The position numbers were made by a program, and so were the translations under genes. Below the pieces are notes generated by a model that saw nothing but the letters and a program-made list of their open reading frames with translations, did no database searches and was not told where the DNA came from. 64,000 nucleotides of DNA, from positions 62,001-126,000 of the forward strand of contig JBEUKZ010000092.1 in NCBI GenBank assembly GCA_048128005.1, written 5' to 3'. Of the stretch, positions 40,924 through 54,908 are shown piece by piece. The stretch comes from Veleropilina oligotropha. Its lineage: Eukaryota. Position 1 is the stretch's first letter. Each line of letters begins with the position of its first letter.

Positions 40924-43900
40924 CTACAGTGGCCCACAGTCTACTATTGCACCGATTGATTTCCGGCACCAATTTCAGGCAACCGATTAAAACTTCTTCA
41001 GATTGGGCTCAGCAAATTAACTTGAGTTAGCTGACATATTCACTCCCGTGTTGCAATACCACTAGATCAGGACATCTCGAATATATTACTTTTGATAATT
41101 TTTTAATTGTAATAATGATTTCTTTGAAATGTGGAATATATCTAACGTTTAAAATACTTCTATCGCGTTCAAAATAAACCAGACTGTCACATTAAAGAGA
41201 GGTTATTCGTGGAATGATATCAGGTCAATTTAATCAAATGTGCGGGGGCAGTTTATGTACCAAGTGCAACGCCCACAGGGGCACTTTCAGTTTAAGGATC
41301 CCTAGTTATACGGTTATATTAGCTAACCCTGCTTATAAAAACACTGACCCTAATGCCCATAGAATATATTCCTAACCCTAATGCCCATGTTGCAAGGCAA
41401 CGTCCGTAAATCGTGTCCAAAATGACTCTTGGTCATGAGTATACACACGATTAACCCCCCCCCGGGACCACTAAACTGCAAACTACGCGCCCTGCGCTCA
41501 CGTCAGTTCTCACTCCGATTATTGGACAATGATATTGTTGCGATTTTTTTGTTAATCTACTAAAATTCAATATCAAAGGGCGAGACTACTTTTTTAACAA
41601 GGCTCGACAAGCTGCCGTCTAACCAACTTTGAAGCTCATTTCTCCTCACTAATAAATTCCTATTGTCATATTTGACAAACTGTTTATTTTATCGAAAGAT
41701 ATGTTCATTATTTAATATTTTACGTTTTTATCATTATATTAAAAATATTCATATGAAGATTTTACCTCTCACCCCTATTCCTAACACTAATTAAGGTATC
41801 GGAAACAAAAGACTTGACAGATTGCCATCTTCGGTAATAAGTGAAAAAGAAATACGGGTTTTTCATAGGCCGATAAATGAAATGGGCTTCTAATAATACT
41901 AATAATTTTCGGTTAACAATCATGTCACATTTTGGACATGTATATTTATCCTGAAGGAAGGTTTCAATTATTTTAATAATACTAGTTTAGGATATACGGA
42001 AATATTCAAATCAGTCTATATCAAATGAACAATAGTTTCTTGATTTGGCTGGGATCGATTGCACATTTACAAAATTTAGGATCAAACCAGGACATGTCCA
42101 TAATATCGCGGGGGGAATTTCCAGCTGCCCGGGGCAAAACCGCCCTTTCAGGTCAGTTTTTGACAACTGTCCCTGGTAACTGAACAAAGAACGCCATTAC
42201 CCCCAATGTTAGGCAAAGCAGTCAAACCGGTGAATTTAGAGTCGGCACATGAGACCACACTATTACCGGAACGGCCATAAAAGTAGATAAGCCGACGAAA
42301 ACCTGTGCATTCACTGTGGTTATGCCATACACGTTTCGTAAACCATTAATGCATGATAATTCATATAAATATGGTACCATATCGACGGTTATCGTGGCCG
42401 GGGATCCCGAAGGATTCAAGAATGCTCGTTTCGGCTACATGATTCGATCGTTGAACCGTCTTAGAATAAGCTCGCTGTAATACAACATAAATCATCAAAG
42501 CAACATAATCCAAGTCACGCTTGTAACAATGTTTCACTCTCAACTGATATGTTTGTATTGGATCCATGCTTATGTTTCATTTAAAATTTTACACCCTTTA
42601 GGGTTATACTCGGATTGTCCATATTATCGAAGGAGGAAAGCTCGGTCGCCACGAAAAACGGTTATGGACCACTATGATTGTTAAATGCACAAAGCGTCGA
42701 ACAAAGAATTGGAACCAAATCATGTGAAGGTATACCAGTGCGAAATAAACCGATTACACATGTATATGTCTTTCATAGACCAAATTAAAGCAATAAGTAA
42801 TCTCAATCAGATGTAATATCAAGAAGTATAATATTATATTCAATGCAAAGAAAACTTTTCGAATGCTAGCCCGCTCATTTCTCGGATTCCAATCAATTAA
42901 TTGGAGTAAGTAAGTGTAAGAATGATCTATACAAAATATATAATAAATCATTTCATCTTTGTCATAAAGTAATAATGTATAGTCCTTGGATGGTACTTCC
43001 TTGTTCGCAAGTACTTTCTACTCTTGATCTTGTATATATCACTCTGAAGTGTTATTTTGAAACTACTGATATATATGCCTCTGGTTAGGGTATCCAGTGC
43101 GATATATTTCCATAACGATAGCATTACCCCATAAGCATGCAAGATCACGCTATATATACAGTCCGAATTGATAATTGCATGCCATTATTACAAAATCTAG
43201 AATTGCTGTTATATTTCGCTTTTCCTCAATTGTTGTGAAATTTCAGTTACCTGCTGAACTGAAAAATAATACAACTGATTTTCTACTTCAAATTTGAAGG
43301 GACCATGTCTTCAAATTTTGTTTCTATTTGTGAAACATCGTAACAATGAATGGCTGACAACAATATCTTTGGACAGCGAGAATTAATTCTTTTTTTACAA
43401 AATTCATCAAATGCGGACAATTAGTAATTTACATGTTAAGAAATACCGCTACGATAGTTTCTAATGGTAATAGACCCTTCCCACGTAAGTTCTGCTTATA
43501 GTCTGTCGGAACTTTTCATTGTAACCAGGGTTAGCTATCTCTCGCCAAATGGAAATCGGTATACAAAAATTCATAAAACAGCACATTATGACCACTTTCA
43601 TGATGTCCTCTTGATTGGGGACATGTAAACATATATTTATGGATATCGACCAAGGAGGATTATTTCAAAGATCGTGTGTGATAAATATCTCAACTCGGCA
43701 TCGGTATACAGATTGTTGCATTATTTGGACAAGAGATATGCCATTTTATTTTAATATATGACCACATGGTAACAAATTTTCAGTGATTTTTAAATTTGTT
43801 TAATAATGTAAGTGCTTATTAATGCCAGTATACATGGGAACAAGATTAAGGAACAAATAAATGGTGAAATTATGAACATACTTGATGGAAGCGTCAAGGG

Positions 43901-44934
43901 TTATATGAAGGAATCTTTTGAACACAAAACCATGAATGACATAATGCTCAGGGTACGAACAAAACGACGATAGCCAAGGTTTACATCGTCAACGAATTTA
44001 CTTGTCTTTTATTTGACTTGGAACAATGTTGATGTTTCGCAGGTCACGAGCAAAAAGTGTCATTTACTAGTATAGCACGACAGATTTTACTAAAACTATC
44101 GAGCGACCTTCGATATATATATATATGGCGGCGGGTAATATGAATATATATTACCAATTACATGTATTTCTATGAATCTCATTGACCAATGCTTCATGCA
44201 CAATTTCTTCATTTGCTTAGAGTTAAATAGGACACATGGATTTGCCAGGTAGTATCAGAAATAAAATGTTATTGACAAATAATTATGATTGAAATGGTTA
44301 AAAATAAGGAAATTCAACCACAGTAAATCTTGTTATTTTTGTCATTAGTACTAGCGTATGCTGATCGAAAAAGAAGTAAACCCGGCATTTGTTTTCTAGG
44401 TTGTCACCAGCTTTGTCTCGAGCAAAATGTTGAAGCACTTCGCTAGTCAATGAAGTGAGGAGCAAAGACCATAATGATTATAGGATTCACAATGCTAGTT
44501 TTTATGATTAAAAGTGTTCACCTAAACTTTGATTTAAAGTTGCATTGGGCTTAAGTAGCGATAAACGGTTTTAATTTTAAACCTTGACTGCAAATGAATA
44601 TATTTGCCACCTAGTCAAATATAGAATCTTTGCAATTTTTCCAAAAAATATGTAGACGTGTTGTCCCTGGAACGCCTACGAATGAAAAGTAAAAAATAAT
44701 TATACCGGGTCGGGTTTTATTATTGGGGTGACGGACGTTTCGTTGGAGGACATTTCGTCAAGTTGGACACTGTCGAAATTAACATGAACATTGTGAAAAG
44801 TTGAGCTTCAAAATTATCACTGATTTACAATGCCGTCACATCGCATACAACTTAGATTAATACATTATTCATATTTGATGTAGCGTCTGCATGTTTCGAT
44901 AATAAGTATGTCGTATATTCAATGTTATCAAATA

Positions 44935-45810
44935 TTAGACACTGTTCAAGTTGTGACATGCTTCCAACCCTAAAATTGGCATTGATTTACAATCAGTCAC
45001 ATAAAACTCGACATTTATTACAGATTTTAGATCGTTTGTTCTCCATTTGAGGGTTGTTTTCCCCACTGGTTTCACAATGTTGTTACCATGGGTGGACAAT
45101 GTGGTTTTTGTTTGTTTCAGTTGTGCATTTTTCAGTTTGTTAAACAAATCTTGATGTATTACATTTGCTTCAGCACCCGAATCAAGTTTAAATTTGATCG
45201 TTTTGCCTTCGATTTTGAGTAACGAGAACCAAGCGTTATCCTTGCTAGGATATGATATTGAATGCACTTTATATTCAACAAAAAACAATGATTCGTCTTA
45301 ATCTGAATCAGTATTTTTGATTTCATGAACACTTTTGTTTGAAAAGCACTGTTTTGCAAAATGATTAAGCTTATTGCTTGACTTGCACTTTTTATCATAA
45401 GCCGGACATGATTTTGGTTCGTTTTTCCAAACACTGACAGAATTAAAGCCATCATCAACATGCCAACGCCTGTTGACAAGAAGGTAATTGAAATATTATT
45501 AGGAACAGTTAATTTTCATGTTCTTTTTATCCCGAACATGTCAGAACTAACCGCACCATTAAGAGTTCTTCTGAAGAAGGACATATTGTTTGCCTGGATT
45601 CATGAGCAAATAGATGTCTGAAATAAGATCAGTGCTAACAAACAATCCGATACTTTGATGTTTCTTAGGATGTGACGATTCAGACCGATTCCTCTCAAAA
45701 TGGACTTGACACTTGCTTATTGCAAAATGGGCATCTCATGCATTAACGCAAGCAGAACAGAACTATGCGCAAATCAAAAAGAGTTATTGGCAGTAGTTTT
45801 CGCCATAGGC
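44935..45810. mobile_element. Gypsy-like LTR retrotransposon remnants, rearranged
   Basis: Minus strand: zinc-knuckle-like NHFAKQC and protease FKLDSGAEANVI. Plus strand from ~45430: KAIINMPTP, TAPLRVLLKK, EQNYAQI.KELLAVVFA. Confidence 0.8.
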
Positions 45811-47059
45811 ACTTGTATACGGGATGATAGATTTGCGTAATAAAAGTCATTAAAACCTAATATAAGATGTTAACTTATTGTTTGCTTTCATTTATATTTA
45901 TCACATAATTTGTAACCGCATTGTCCATAAGTTAGCCTACGCAAACAGTCCATTTATAACTATTCTGGCGTTATTTCGCCACGGAAAACAGGGAATTCCC
46001 CAGCCTAGGTCAAATATAACGTCACGGGTCAACAGAATGAATGTCCATAGATTTTACACACCCCACCGTAGTATGACAGTTCAAACGTCAAATTAATGCA
46101 CTGTCTGTAGCCTATCCATACATCAATCGATTCAATAGATATTAAACATAACGTCAATCCAATGTTTTAAGAAATACAAACCCGCAGTACAGCAATATCG
46201 AGAAAAGCGTACGTTTTATCGCCGTAAAATATCCTCGAACGGAAGTACAAGGGTCAGCCAGTTACAGATTAAGACTCGCAGCGAGACATTTTCCTAGAGC
46301 GTAAATAAGTCGTCTGCTGCAATGCTATGGATGCCAATCAACAACTGGAAACTGGAACCGGTCTCGTACTTCCTGAAATTTCGCCTATGTTATGAGTTGA
46401 CACAAGATAGGGTCCTTCCTAGGCTCGGTTATCCTTAAAGATAATCGTCGTCGCAATGTGGATCCGTATTTTATGACGCAATTTCCGGTTTTCTGATCCA
46501 GCGCTAGAACCCAACGCAGTACAACTTCAAATTAGGCTCAAAATGTTATTTCACTAAAAACTGAGTGGGTCAGGTTTATGGATGACGCCAAATACGAGTT
46601 TGAAATCGACGGTGTCAGTGCGACCTTCCCCACATGGCGGGCTGCGAAACAAGACCATTTTGGTTTCGGCGATGCGAAGATTGCTGATGGTATCGAGGCC
46701 AAGACAGGCCGCATTGTAATGGGCAACTGTATACCCAATGATAGAGCAACAAGACTTATATAAAAGCTCCTGAAGGGTAAGTACATCATCAAAATCAAAC
46801 ACCTTCGAGAGGCCGATGAAGGCGACTGGGTGACCGAGGACAAGTTTAACCCAGTGAAAGCTGCGCAAAAAAGGACCAGGGCGTCGTTGCAATCACCCGA
46901 GCTATCGCACCAGGTGATATAACTGGGGTCGACAAAGTATACTACCAGAACGCCTTCCCGGCCACTGCATGCAGTCGTCTATTGCCCTCTCAGAGACCCA
47001 GACCGTCCCAACCTGGCCCGGATGATGAACGGTAACATTGTAAACAATTCTCTATTCTC

Positions 47060-49545
47060 TAAGTTTCTTTTTTGTGTTTAATTCACGGTTATTTATAATG
47101 GGTAGTCGAAATATTGCATGCAGGGAGGGTGATATGTTGTGCAAATGGATCTGTTGTGATAAGTGTGAGATGTGGGCAGTTTTTGCGACTGAGTGTGCGG
47201 ACGTGAAGTTTGATTATGCATGCATGGATGGTTAAACAAGGAAAACTGCGCCGTTGAAATCCAGACGGAGGACATCCCCAAGACAAACACAGAAGCCGAG
47301 GCGACGTATGCATGGAAATTAGTGCGGACAAGAAACAAAAAGGTGTATACAACAACAACGACGACAATTACGCTAACAGGTAATATATATGCATGTTTAT
47401 CTGATGAAATGATTGATCTACGAGAGAGTGATGCAAATGAAATAGAAGACAAGAATGAATATGATACAAATGACACGAATGAGGCTGATATGAATGAAAC
47501 AGGGGTTGAGTGGCCGGTTTTAGATGAGTATATAGCGTCAGAAAATATTGTTTTGATAGGTTCATCTATAGTTAGAAAGCTTATAAAACAGGAAAAGAAG
47601 AACAAGAGTGTGTTTACCGGGAGAAAAGATAGAAGATGTCACGTCGAGGGCAGACAGTCTGACTGCTGGTGAAGGCACTGTTGTGGTTATCATAGAGACA
47701 AACAACATCGAGAAGGCCAGTCCCAAGGAAATGAAGAAGAAGTTCCAGGAATTGCTTTTGAAGTTGTGCGACGATGGTACGAGACACGTGATTGTTGGTG
47801 GGCTGTTGCCAAGGATATGGCATAGGAAATTGCTGGAGAAGATGAGAGACGTAAATGCTTGGTTACGTGAGTATTGTTGTTCGGAGGGGTTTGGGTTCTT
47901 TGATTTGTGGGACAAGTTTGAGGGATGGAGGGACTGGTATTTCAAAGATGGACTGCACCCTTCACTGGCGGCTAGAGAAGTGCTGGCCAGAGGTGTAAAT
48001 AGTGCGATAGAGAAACATTTAAACTGTTAATGGGGGAGGTTGGATAACCAAATCAGAGAACGGAATAACTAGAAAACTAATAATGCAAAGATGCAAAGAA
48101 AAACCACAAAACCTCCAGGTTCAGACAGCATATATCCCAAATTGCTGAAATCCAGTAAGCATGAATTAGCAAAGTCATTAGCTCTGATATTCATTAAAAC
48201 TCTACAAGAAGGCAGCTTGCCCGATGACTGGAAATATTATCCCAATCTCTAAAAATGGTAGTCGACCAAATACCCAAAATTATCGACCCGTTAGTCTGAC
48301 ATCAATTGTAGGCAAAATAATGGAATCTATCTTAAAGGATGCTATCTTAAAACACTTAAATAAATTTGGCCTTCTAAACCTTAGTCAGCATGGGTTTATG
48401 GAGAAAAGATCTTGTTTAACAAACTTATTGAATTTTTTGAAGATGTAACAAGTGCAATTGACACGGGAAAACCAGTTGATATCATAAATCTTGATTTTCA
48501 GAACGCATTCGATAAAGTACCACATAAACGACTATTACAAATTACAATTAAGTAACCATGGCAATAAAGGCACAATACTAAATTATATATGTAAGCGGCT
48601 AGAAAATAGAAAACAGAGGGTTGTAATAAATGGGATAAAGTCAAAGTGGGAACCGGTACTAAGTGGAGTTTCACAAGGTTCTGTTTAGGGGCCATTGTTG
48701 TTTCTCATATATCTAAATGACATTGATGACGTCATGACATCTCTAGTAACAAAGTTTGCAGACGATACCAAACTGTACAGAATTATCCAAACGAAGAAGA
48801 TGCAAGAAACTTCAAAGTGACTTAAATAATGTGGTGAAATGGTCTGCGGATTGGCGAATGCTTTTCAACACCAGTAAATGTAAAGTAATGCATGTGGGTT
48901 ATAACAACAATACCTATATTTATGAAATGGGTTCAGAAACTTTACAAGAAGTGGGAAATGATTTGGGTGTATGCGTAGACAAGACATTCAAACCATTAAA
49001 TCAATATGCAGGGTCTGCCAAAAAGGAAATCAAATATTGGGAATGATAAAGAAAAACGTTTGCCTATACGATAATATGGTTAGACCGCATTTAGAATATG
49101 CTGTGCAAGCATGGTGTCCATATCTTGCAAAGGATATCAATATTCTAGAACAAGTTCAAAGAAGAACCACAAAATTGATAGGAGAATTTAGGGAATAACC
49201 ATATAAGGACAGACTAAGAGCACTGAACCTCACAACATTATCTTTGAGAAGGATAAGAGGTGATATGATTCAGGTGTTTAAAATGTTTACAGGGACAACA
49301 TTGACAATAGTTTCTTTTTCAGATGAATCAAATGCATACCAGGGGGCATCAATACAATATTTACAATAAACGATTCAGACTAGACGTTTGAAATCACCTT
49401 TTCTTAAATTGGGATGTCGATGAATGGAATTCTCTTCCTAATAATGTAGTGGAATCGACATCTGTAAACCAATTTAAAAATCGCCTAGATGAGCATTTTA
49501 TTGGAGTGGTAGCAATGCGCTTTCGGTTCAAAAAATATATTTAAT
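47060..49545 (+). mobile_element. CR1-like LINE with SGNH-esterase ORF1 and internally deleted, degenerate ORF2
   Basis: CLPG.KIEDV…(G)TNN…DGLHPS (47608-48030); RT remnants NYRPVSLTSIVGK, QHGF, SQGSV, FADD, VRPHLEYAVQAW; 5' boundary approximate. Confidence 0.85.
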
Positions 49546-49559
49546 CTATTTAATTTAAT

Positions 49560-50618
49560 GAACTGGGTTACCCAGAGAGGGATCCCTGAGAGGAAACGAA
49601 GTGAGAGAAGAGAGTCCATGAAACAAGAGCTACAGTTGCGAATGTAGCTGATTTTGAGAAGATACTGAATCGCCCCATTATCTTGAGAAACCTCACCGGT
49701 GAGGACATCTATAACTCTTGAAAATACAGAGGACAGGCAAATCAAACGTTAAAAAATAGAGCTTATCTGCCAAAACGGCCACATAACATTCATTTCTCGC
49801 AGTCCCGCCAGGTCCACATCTACGAGGGCGATGTTTAGGAAGAAATCCGACAAGCAACCCAGGACGAGCCAATAGCTATCTGACTCGTTTTCTGTGTAGA
49901 CAAACAGCTCAACGTGGACCAGTTCGGGTTACAACACGGTCGCATTCAGAGATCTGTGGGATGAGTCCCTTGCCGAATCCATGCATCTAGCATTTTGGCT
50001 AAGGAGAACAACGACTGGAAACCTACCCAGGCCTGTCTGCTCGATGATATCCAGGAGGCCTGCGTAAAACATGGTCATAGTGGCATTTGTAACTCCATGG
50101 ACTATGATACGAGAGAGATCATCAGCATCGGCATGCAAGCCTATTAACATGCTAGCTTGCAGGGGGGGGGGGGGGAGGCCAAGCCATATTTCGACAGATT
50201 CGAACATCCAAGCCACCGAATGACTCTGGTCACGATTAGCGGCCCTATCTCTCCAAGAATCTGTACTGGCTTAGGTGAGGTCCAGGAATGGGAGTTTGCG
50301 CAAAGAGTCCATCCCACCATCCCCGCCTGGTTTGGAAAGCACTGTGTAGTGAAGGGATGGGCACCGACGCCCCTGCTCCCTTCCTCACAGAATTGCCTCA
50401 AGATCTGAGAAGCCATCATCACGTTCAAAATGCAAACTGACGTCTGGTTCCCTGAGAATCGTGACCAGGGCTGGAGGATCATCGGCAAGATTACGCAGGG
50501 CAGCAAGGCCGACATGAAAAGACTGACTCGAAGCTTTGTGACCGACCCGGGAGAGCTCGTCGTCCTTGTAAGATACACCTGCCAAAACCGTACCCTGGTT
50601 GGAGCATCTCAAAATTAA
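49560..50618 (+). pseudogene. Decayed intronless ORF, tentatively a Polinton/viral family-B DNA polymerase
   Basis: One frame with sparse stops, GC-rich relative to flanks; IISIGMQAY*HAS and IIGKITQG resemble PolB motifs A and B. Confidence 0.4.
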
Positions 50619-51328
50619 TGCTCACCCCCAACTCCGCGATTGTGTCGATACATGGTGCGTCTCTTGCCTGATTGGGGAACCATTCCTCCCACCTGTATAT
50701 TCGGCTCAGTGGCGCGACAAGGGTAAAAACTGTACATGCCGCAGAAACATTCCGCGCACTTTCCCAAGCCAGAGTACTGTTGTCACAAAGGACCTCCCGC
50801 CAAGCTATGCTCCATGTTACACTGTAACTACCAATAGTCGTAAAAATAAAATCATTGATTGAAAACTATATTATATTCTAGAATAACATAAATATTCTTG
50901 ATTTCACACATACTACAAAATCACAAAAATGTTTCCAAAATAATGCATTACAAGTATATTATAACCATCTGGACTTTGTCAGTTAAATAATTTTGGACGT
51001 AGATATATTAAAGACATTAACTTTGTCACAATATATAGCTACTATTTCCACCGATAGTCTACATATTCCCGGTCCATTTGTGACACCAAATGAAAGTAAT
51101 CGTACTTTTGATGCCGAAGTCATTATGAAATTAAAGTTATATTGGCATGGATGGGTGCAGTACGATGCTTTTATGTCTTGCTTTGATAACCGCCAGGTTC
51201 ATACCAGGACATGACATATTATCGCCGGAGAAAAGACCGGGAAAACCACCTTATCTGACCAGTTATAGACAACTGTGAATGACGAATGAACAAATAATGC
51301 CAGTTCCCAAATATATCACTGTGTCCAA

Positions 51329-52006
51329 AGGCCCGTCTACACTGTGAGACATTTGTCCGAAAACAAGTAGAGACAATTGTCCGAGATTGTCCGCAGACAA
51401 AAATCTCATAATGTAGACTGCTAAACAGATATTCGTGTCGTGGACATGTCATGACATGTCTACCAAAGAATGAATATGCAGCTATTTTCTAGACAATGCT
51501 GTGAAGTCCCATAGGTAGCAGCCAATCAGCAGAGAGCAGTTATGTGACGTCTGAATGGTCACATGATTGGCAAATTGGCAGCCTCTATGAATAACATGAA
51601 AAAGTGGACTTTCAAAGAAACTGAGCAAGAATTACGAGACATTCCCATGTCTGTACAACACGAAATCAAAGCATTACAAGGAACGTGACATGAAGAGGCA
51701 GGCCATAGTTGAATTGGCCTTCAGACGACCCTCCCGTTCACGTCGGCGTATCTTTCTGCGCATCACAACAGCAATTATAGCTGCTGATGCCTCAACAACC
51801 TGATGTGATCATCCATGATGTTATAATTTTCCCTCCAAATGTCATCATATATTTTCCAGTTTTCCTCCAAATTGCATCATACATGGTCAGACATCGCCAG
51901 ACAAATGTTCATGGATGTTTTATTGCGCGGACGGTGTCTTCAGACATTGCTGACAATGTCAAACAATTGTCGTTGGACAAATGTCTGCTATTGTGTAGAC
52001 GGAGCT
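51329..52006 (+). mobile_element. Harbinger-derived element with MADF/Myb remnant
   Basis: TIR aggcccgtctacac/gtgtagacggagct; W…PCLYNTKSKHYKERDMKRQAI at ~51597-51720. Confidence 0.75.
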
Positions 52007-52534
52007 TTATAATATCGCAGAGGCAACTAATAGAGCGCCTTGATTGTGCTTAATTGCACCAGCAGATTCCGCCCGCCACCGAAGTTTGCGTTTCCTCCGG
52101 TAGATGTCGTGCGGTGTTTTGTGGTAATAGTAGACATAATCATTATGAAACACCATTAATGCCATTTTATTAAATACGGTTTCCGTTTGTTAATCACAAA
52201 GTGCCTGATATCGTATACTCATATCCCAACCATGTTTCTCTTCAAGTCTCTAACGATAGACAATGAATGTCGCAGTTTCATTCAAACTTGCTCATATACC
52301 ATGTATCGTAAAAGAGAAAGAGTTGCAATAGATAGATACAACATTACTAAAACATATTTCACAATGAAAACGTGACAAATATTTAGATTACTGCATTTAA
52401 ATAGAATATGTCTGGGTTAAGAAAGCGCATTACTGTCACTTATTTAAAACCCCATTGTAGTTGTCATATATAACCTTCCCTGCTTCTTAAAATGCCCATC
52501 TATGCGATATACAATACACTAAATAAAATACTAC

Positions 52535-53461
52535 AGCTGACATTCCATATATGCGGCAACGGCAATGGCATCCGGCAAAGATCGAAATGGTCATTTAATG
52601 AAGGAGAGATTCCATATATGCGTCAACGGCAAGAGGCAACGGCATGCGGCAAAACGATGCCGTTACCGCACGGGAATTCCACAATATGACGTAATTTTAA
52701 GGGCTTCCCCAGTCTTTCGGTGCCAAATTAAATCAACAACAGAACCTGATAACAGGTTTATTCTCACTTTCACACCTGTACGCATACTCCCTTGTCACAA
52801 TTTCAATTTATCCGATTGCAGTGAGTGCCTAATAAAAAAACTATAGCCTGTTGAACTGTACTCACTTGGCTATAGATTATATAAGAACAACAATGAAATT
52901 GGCGACATGGCGTGTATTTGCAAGTTGATATTTTATTATTATTTTATATGAAAGCGTTATCCGGAACATTTACAAGTTTTCACGATGTTAAGCAAGAGAA
53001 ATGTAGGCCTATATGTCACAATATTTATCTTTTTCATCAATGATTTCATATGTTGATCTACCGGTATGTTCCCAACGATAATAATATTAGTAATATATAG
53101 TCACGATAGTTTTTTAATTTTCGCTACTATACTTTGTGATGAAGAACTAAGTACTTTTTAGAATTTGACCAGCCGTTGTCGCGTTGTGTTTACAGCGTAT
53201 ATAAATTTGAAAAGAAAAGGAAAGGTTAGATGCTCAATGTCCTGTATATATTTACAACCATCATTTGGCTCAAAGCAGATCATGTCCATATTGTCGCGGG
53301 AGGAAAGCCCCGGGAAACCTGTCCTCTTCGACCAGTTTCGGACAACTGTGATTCAAGTAATAACTAAACATGTACAAAAATTGCCGTCACAATCAGTGAT
53401 ATTTCGGAGTTCACAACAGAACCCACACAGCTACTGTTGTCGTCGTGGCCTTGGGTTAAAT

Positions 53462-53519
<58 letters not shown>

Positions 53520-53720
53520 TACGTTACACATTGTTTAAGATGAATGCATTTACTATATATTTTATGGTCACTACATTCCATGTTAGACTTATCATCATGA
53601 TTCATTGCCGCATTGCCGTTTCCGGATTATCGCAGGCTATTTCCGCATATATGGAATGTCAGCTTTAATGCCCGATGCCGCATTGCCGGATGCCGTTGCC
53701 GCGTATATGGAATGTCAGCT
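52535..53720. mobile_element. Harbinger-like non-autonomous element with nested SINE A and (TA)n
   Basis: TIR agctgacattccatatatgcggcaacggc / gccgttgccgcgtatatggaatgtcagct; right end locally duplicated at ~53640-53665. Confidence 0.75.
53220..53400 (-). mobile_element. SINE family A, diverged partial copy
   Basis: Similar to the SINE A 3' half. Confidence 0.65.
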
Positions 53721-54335
53721 TAATAAAATAAAAATAATATCAAGAAGTTCATAATTAAAGGTCTGCGATTTTGTCATCATTACAGCACCATTTACAAATA
53801 TTTTCGGTTATTTGTACTAATATTAGAAATGGTACAACTGTAATTGGTCAATACAAGTTTTTGAGTGACATCGCGATAACCACGTTGCATTGAATACATG
53901 ACATGACGAGCCGCTAGTCGGGTGGTTTAACATTATAAGGTATTCAATGCACCGTGTTTACCAAGATGTAGCTCGACAACGTATTTATCTTGCTTTTATT
54001 ATGCTAACCTGAAATAACTCCTGGCTTGGCTCATAACACTGCTGTATAAACATAATTATAACAATATAATTATAATCATAACCGTGATGTATAGGCATTC
54101 AAAATGGTAGACGACGACATCAGTAATGCCTACTCGAGGTTTTTCAAATGAGAACATTTGATTGATAGGCGACGTCACAAAGAATACGACGTCAGCCGTG
54201 GTATATCTAATAATATACCACGCATGGGCGGGGTTTGTCATCAGTTAATAAAACTACGTCTGCCAATCAGAAGACAGGATTCGCGGCGAAAGCAGGAAAA
54301 CAATTCATTACTTATAATTATGTAAACAATTGCAT

Positions 54336-54616
54336 TTCAGAGTCGACATGTTGGCAAAGCAGAGCTTTGTGGCAGTGTTGCGTCACTCCTTGGTCACACG
54401 ACCGTCGCTAGGACGACCATGTGACAGCAGTTGGCTGTAGATGGCCGGCAGGTCGTATCCCGTGCCGGGGGGGGGGGGGGGGATTCTCGTCCTGATCTCG
54501 ATGGACTCGTTAATCTCCTCCTCCATGTGACTATAAGGAGTGACGTCACACAGAACTGAAGAAGCCACAGAGATGGTGGCGAAAGCTCTGCTTTGCCAAC
54601 ATACGACTCTGAAAGG
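54336..54616 (-). mobile_element. Penelope-like element fragment with inverted pseudo-LTR
   Basis: GIY-YIG C-terminal-like INESIEIR…GYDLPAIYSQLL on the minus strand; inverted repeat tttcagagtcg..atgttggcaaagcagagcttt. Confidence 0.7.
54551..54593 (+). ncRNA. Hammerhead-like motif in the Penelope pseudo-LTR
   Basis: CTGAAGA-a-gccac(agagatg)gtggc-GAAA-GCTC; stem I weak. Confidence 0.5.
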
Positions 54617-54908
54617 TATCTGTTTACGTAATTATAACACCGTGACAGAGTCCAGTAACAACATACATATTATTATAATTCATTGCTTGTTTTATTTGAT
54701 TGCGTTGCGTAATTTTCGAACACTTGTAATAACATTGTTTCAATCTGTCGCTAACAGAACCCAGTTTAATGTCTGAATTAAACAGCTCTAGCTTACAGAA
54801 ATCTGACAGTGTTTCTAGGATAGCTACGTATCCATCGAAGCGCTAAGTTGGTTCAAAGTGGATTAATCGGTGATCTGTTAAATAAAAAAACCTTAGAATT
54901 TTGAGTTA

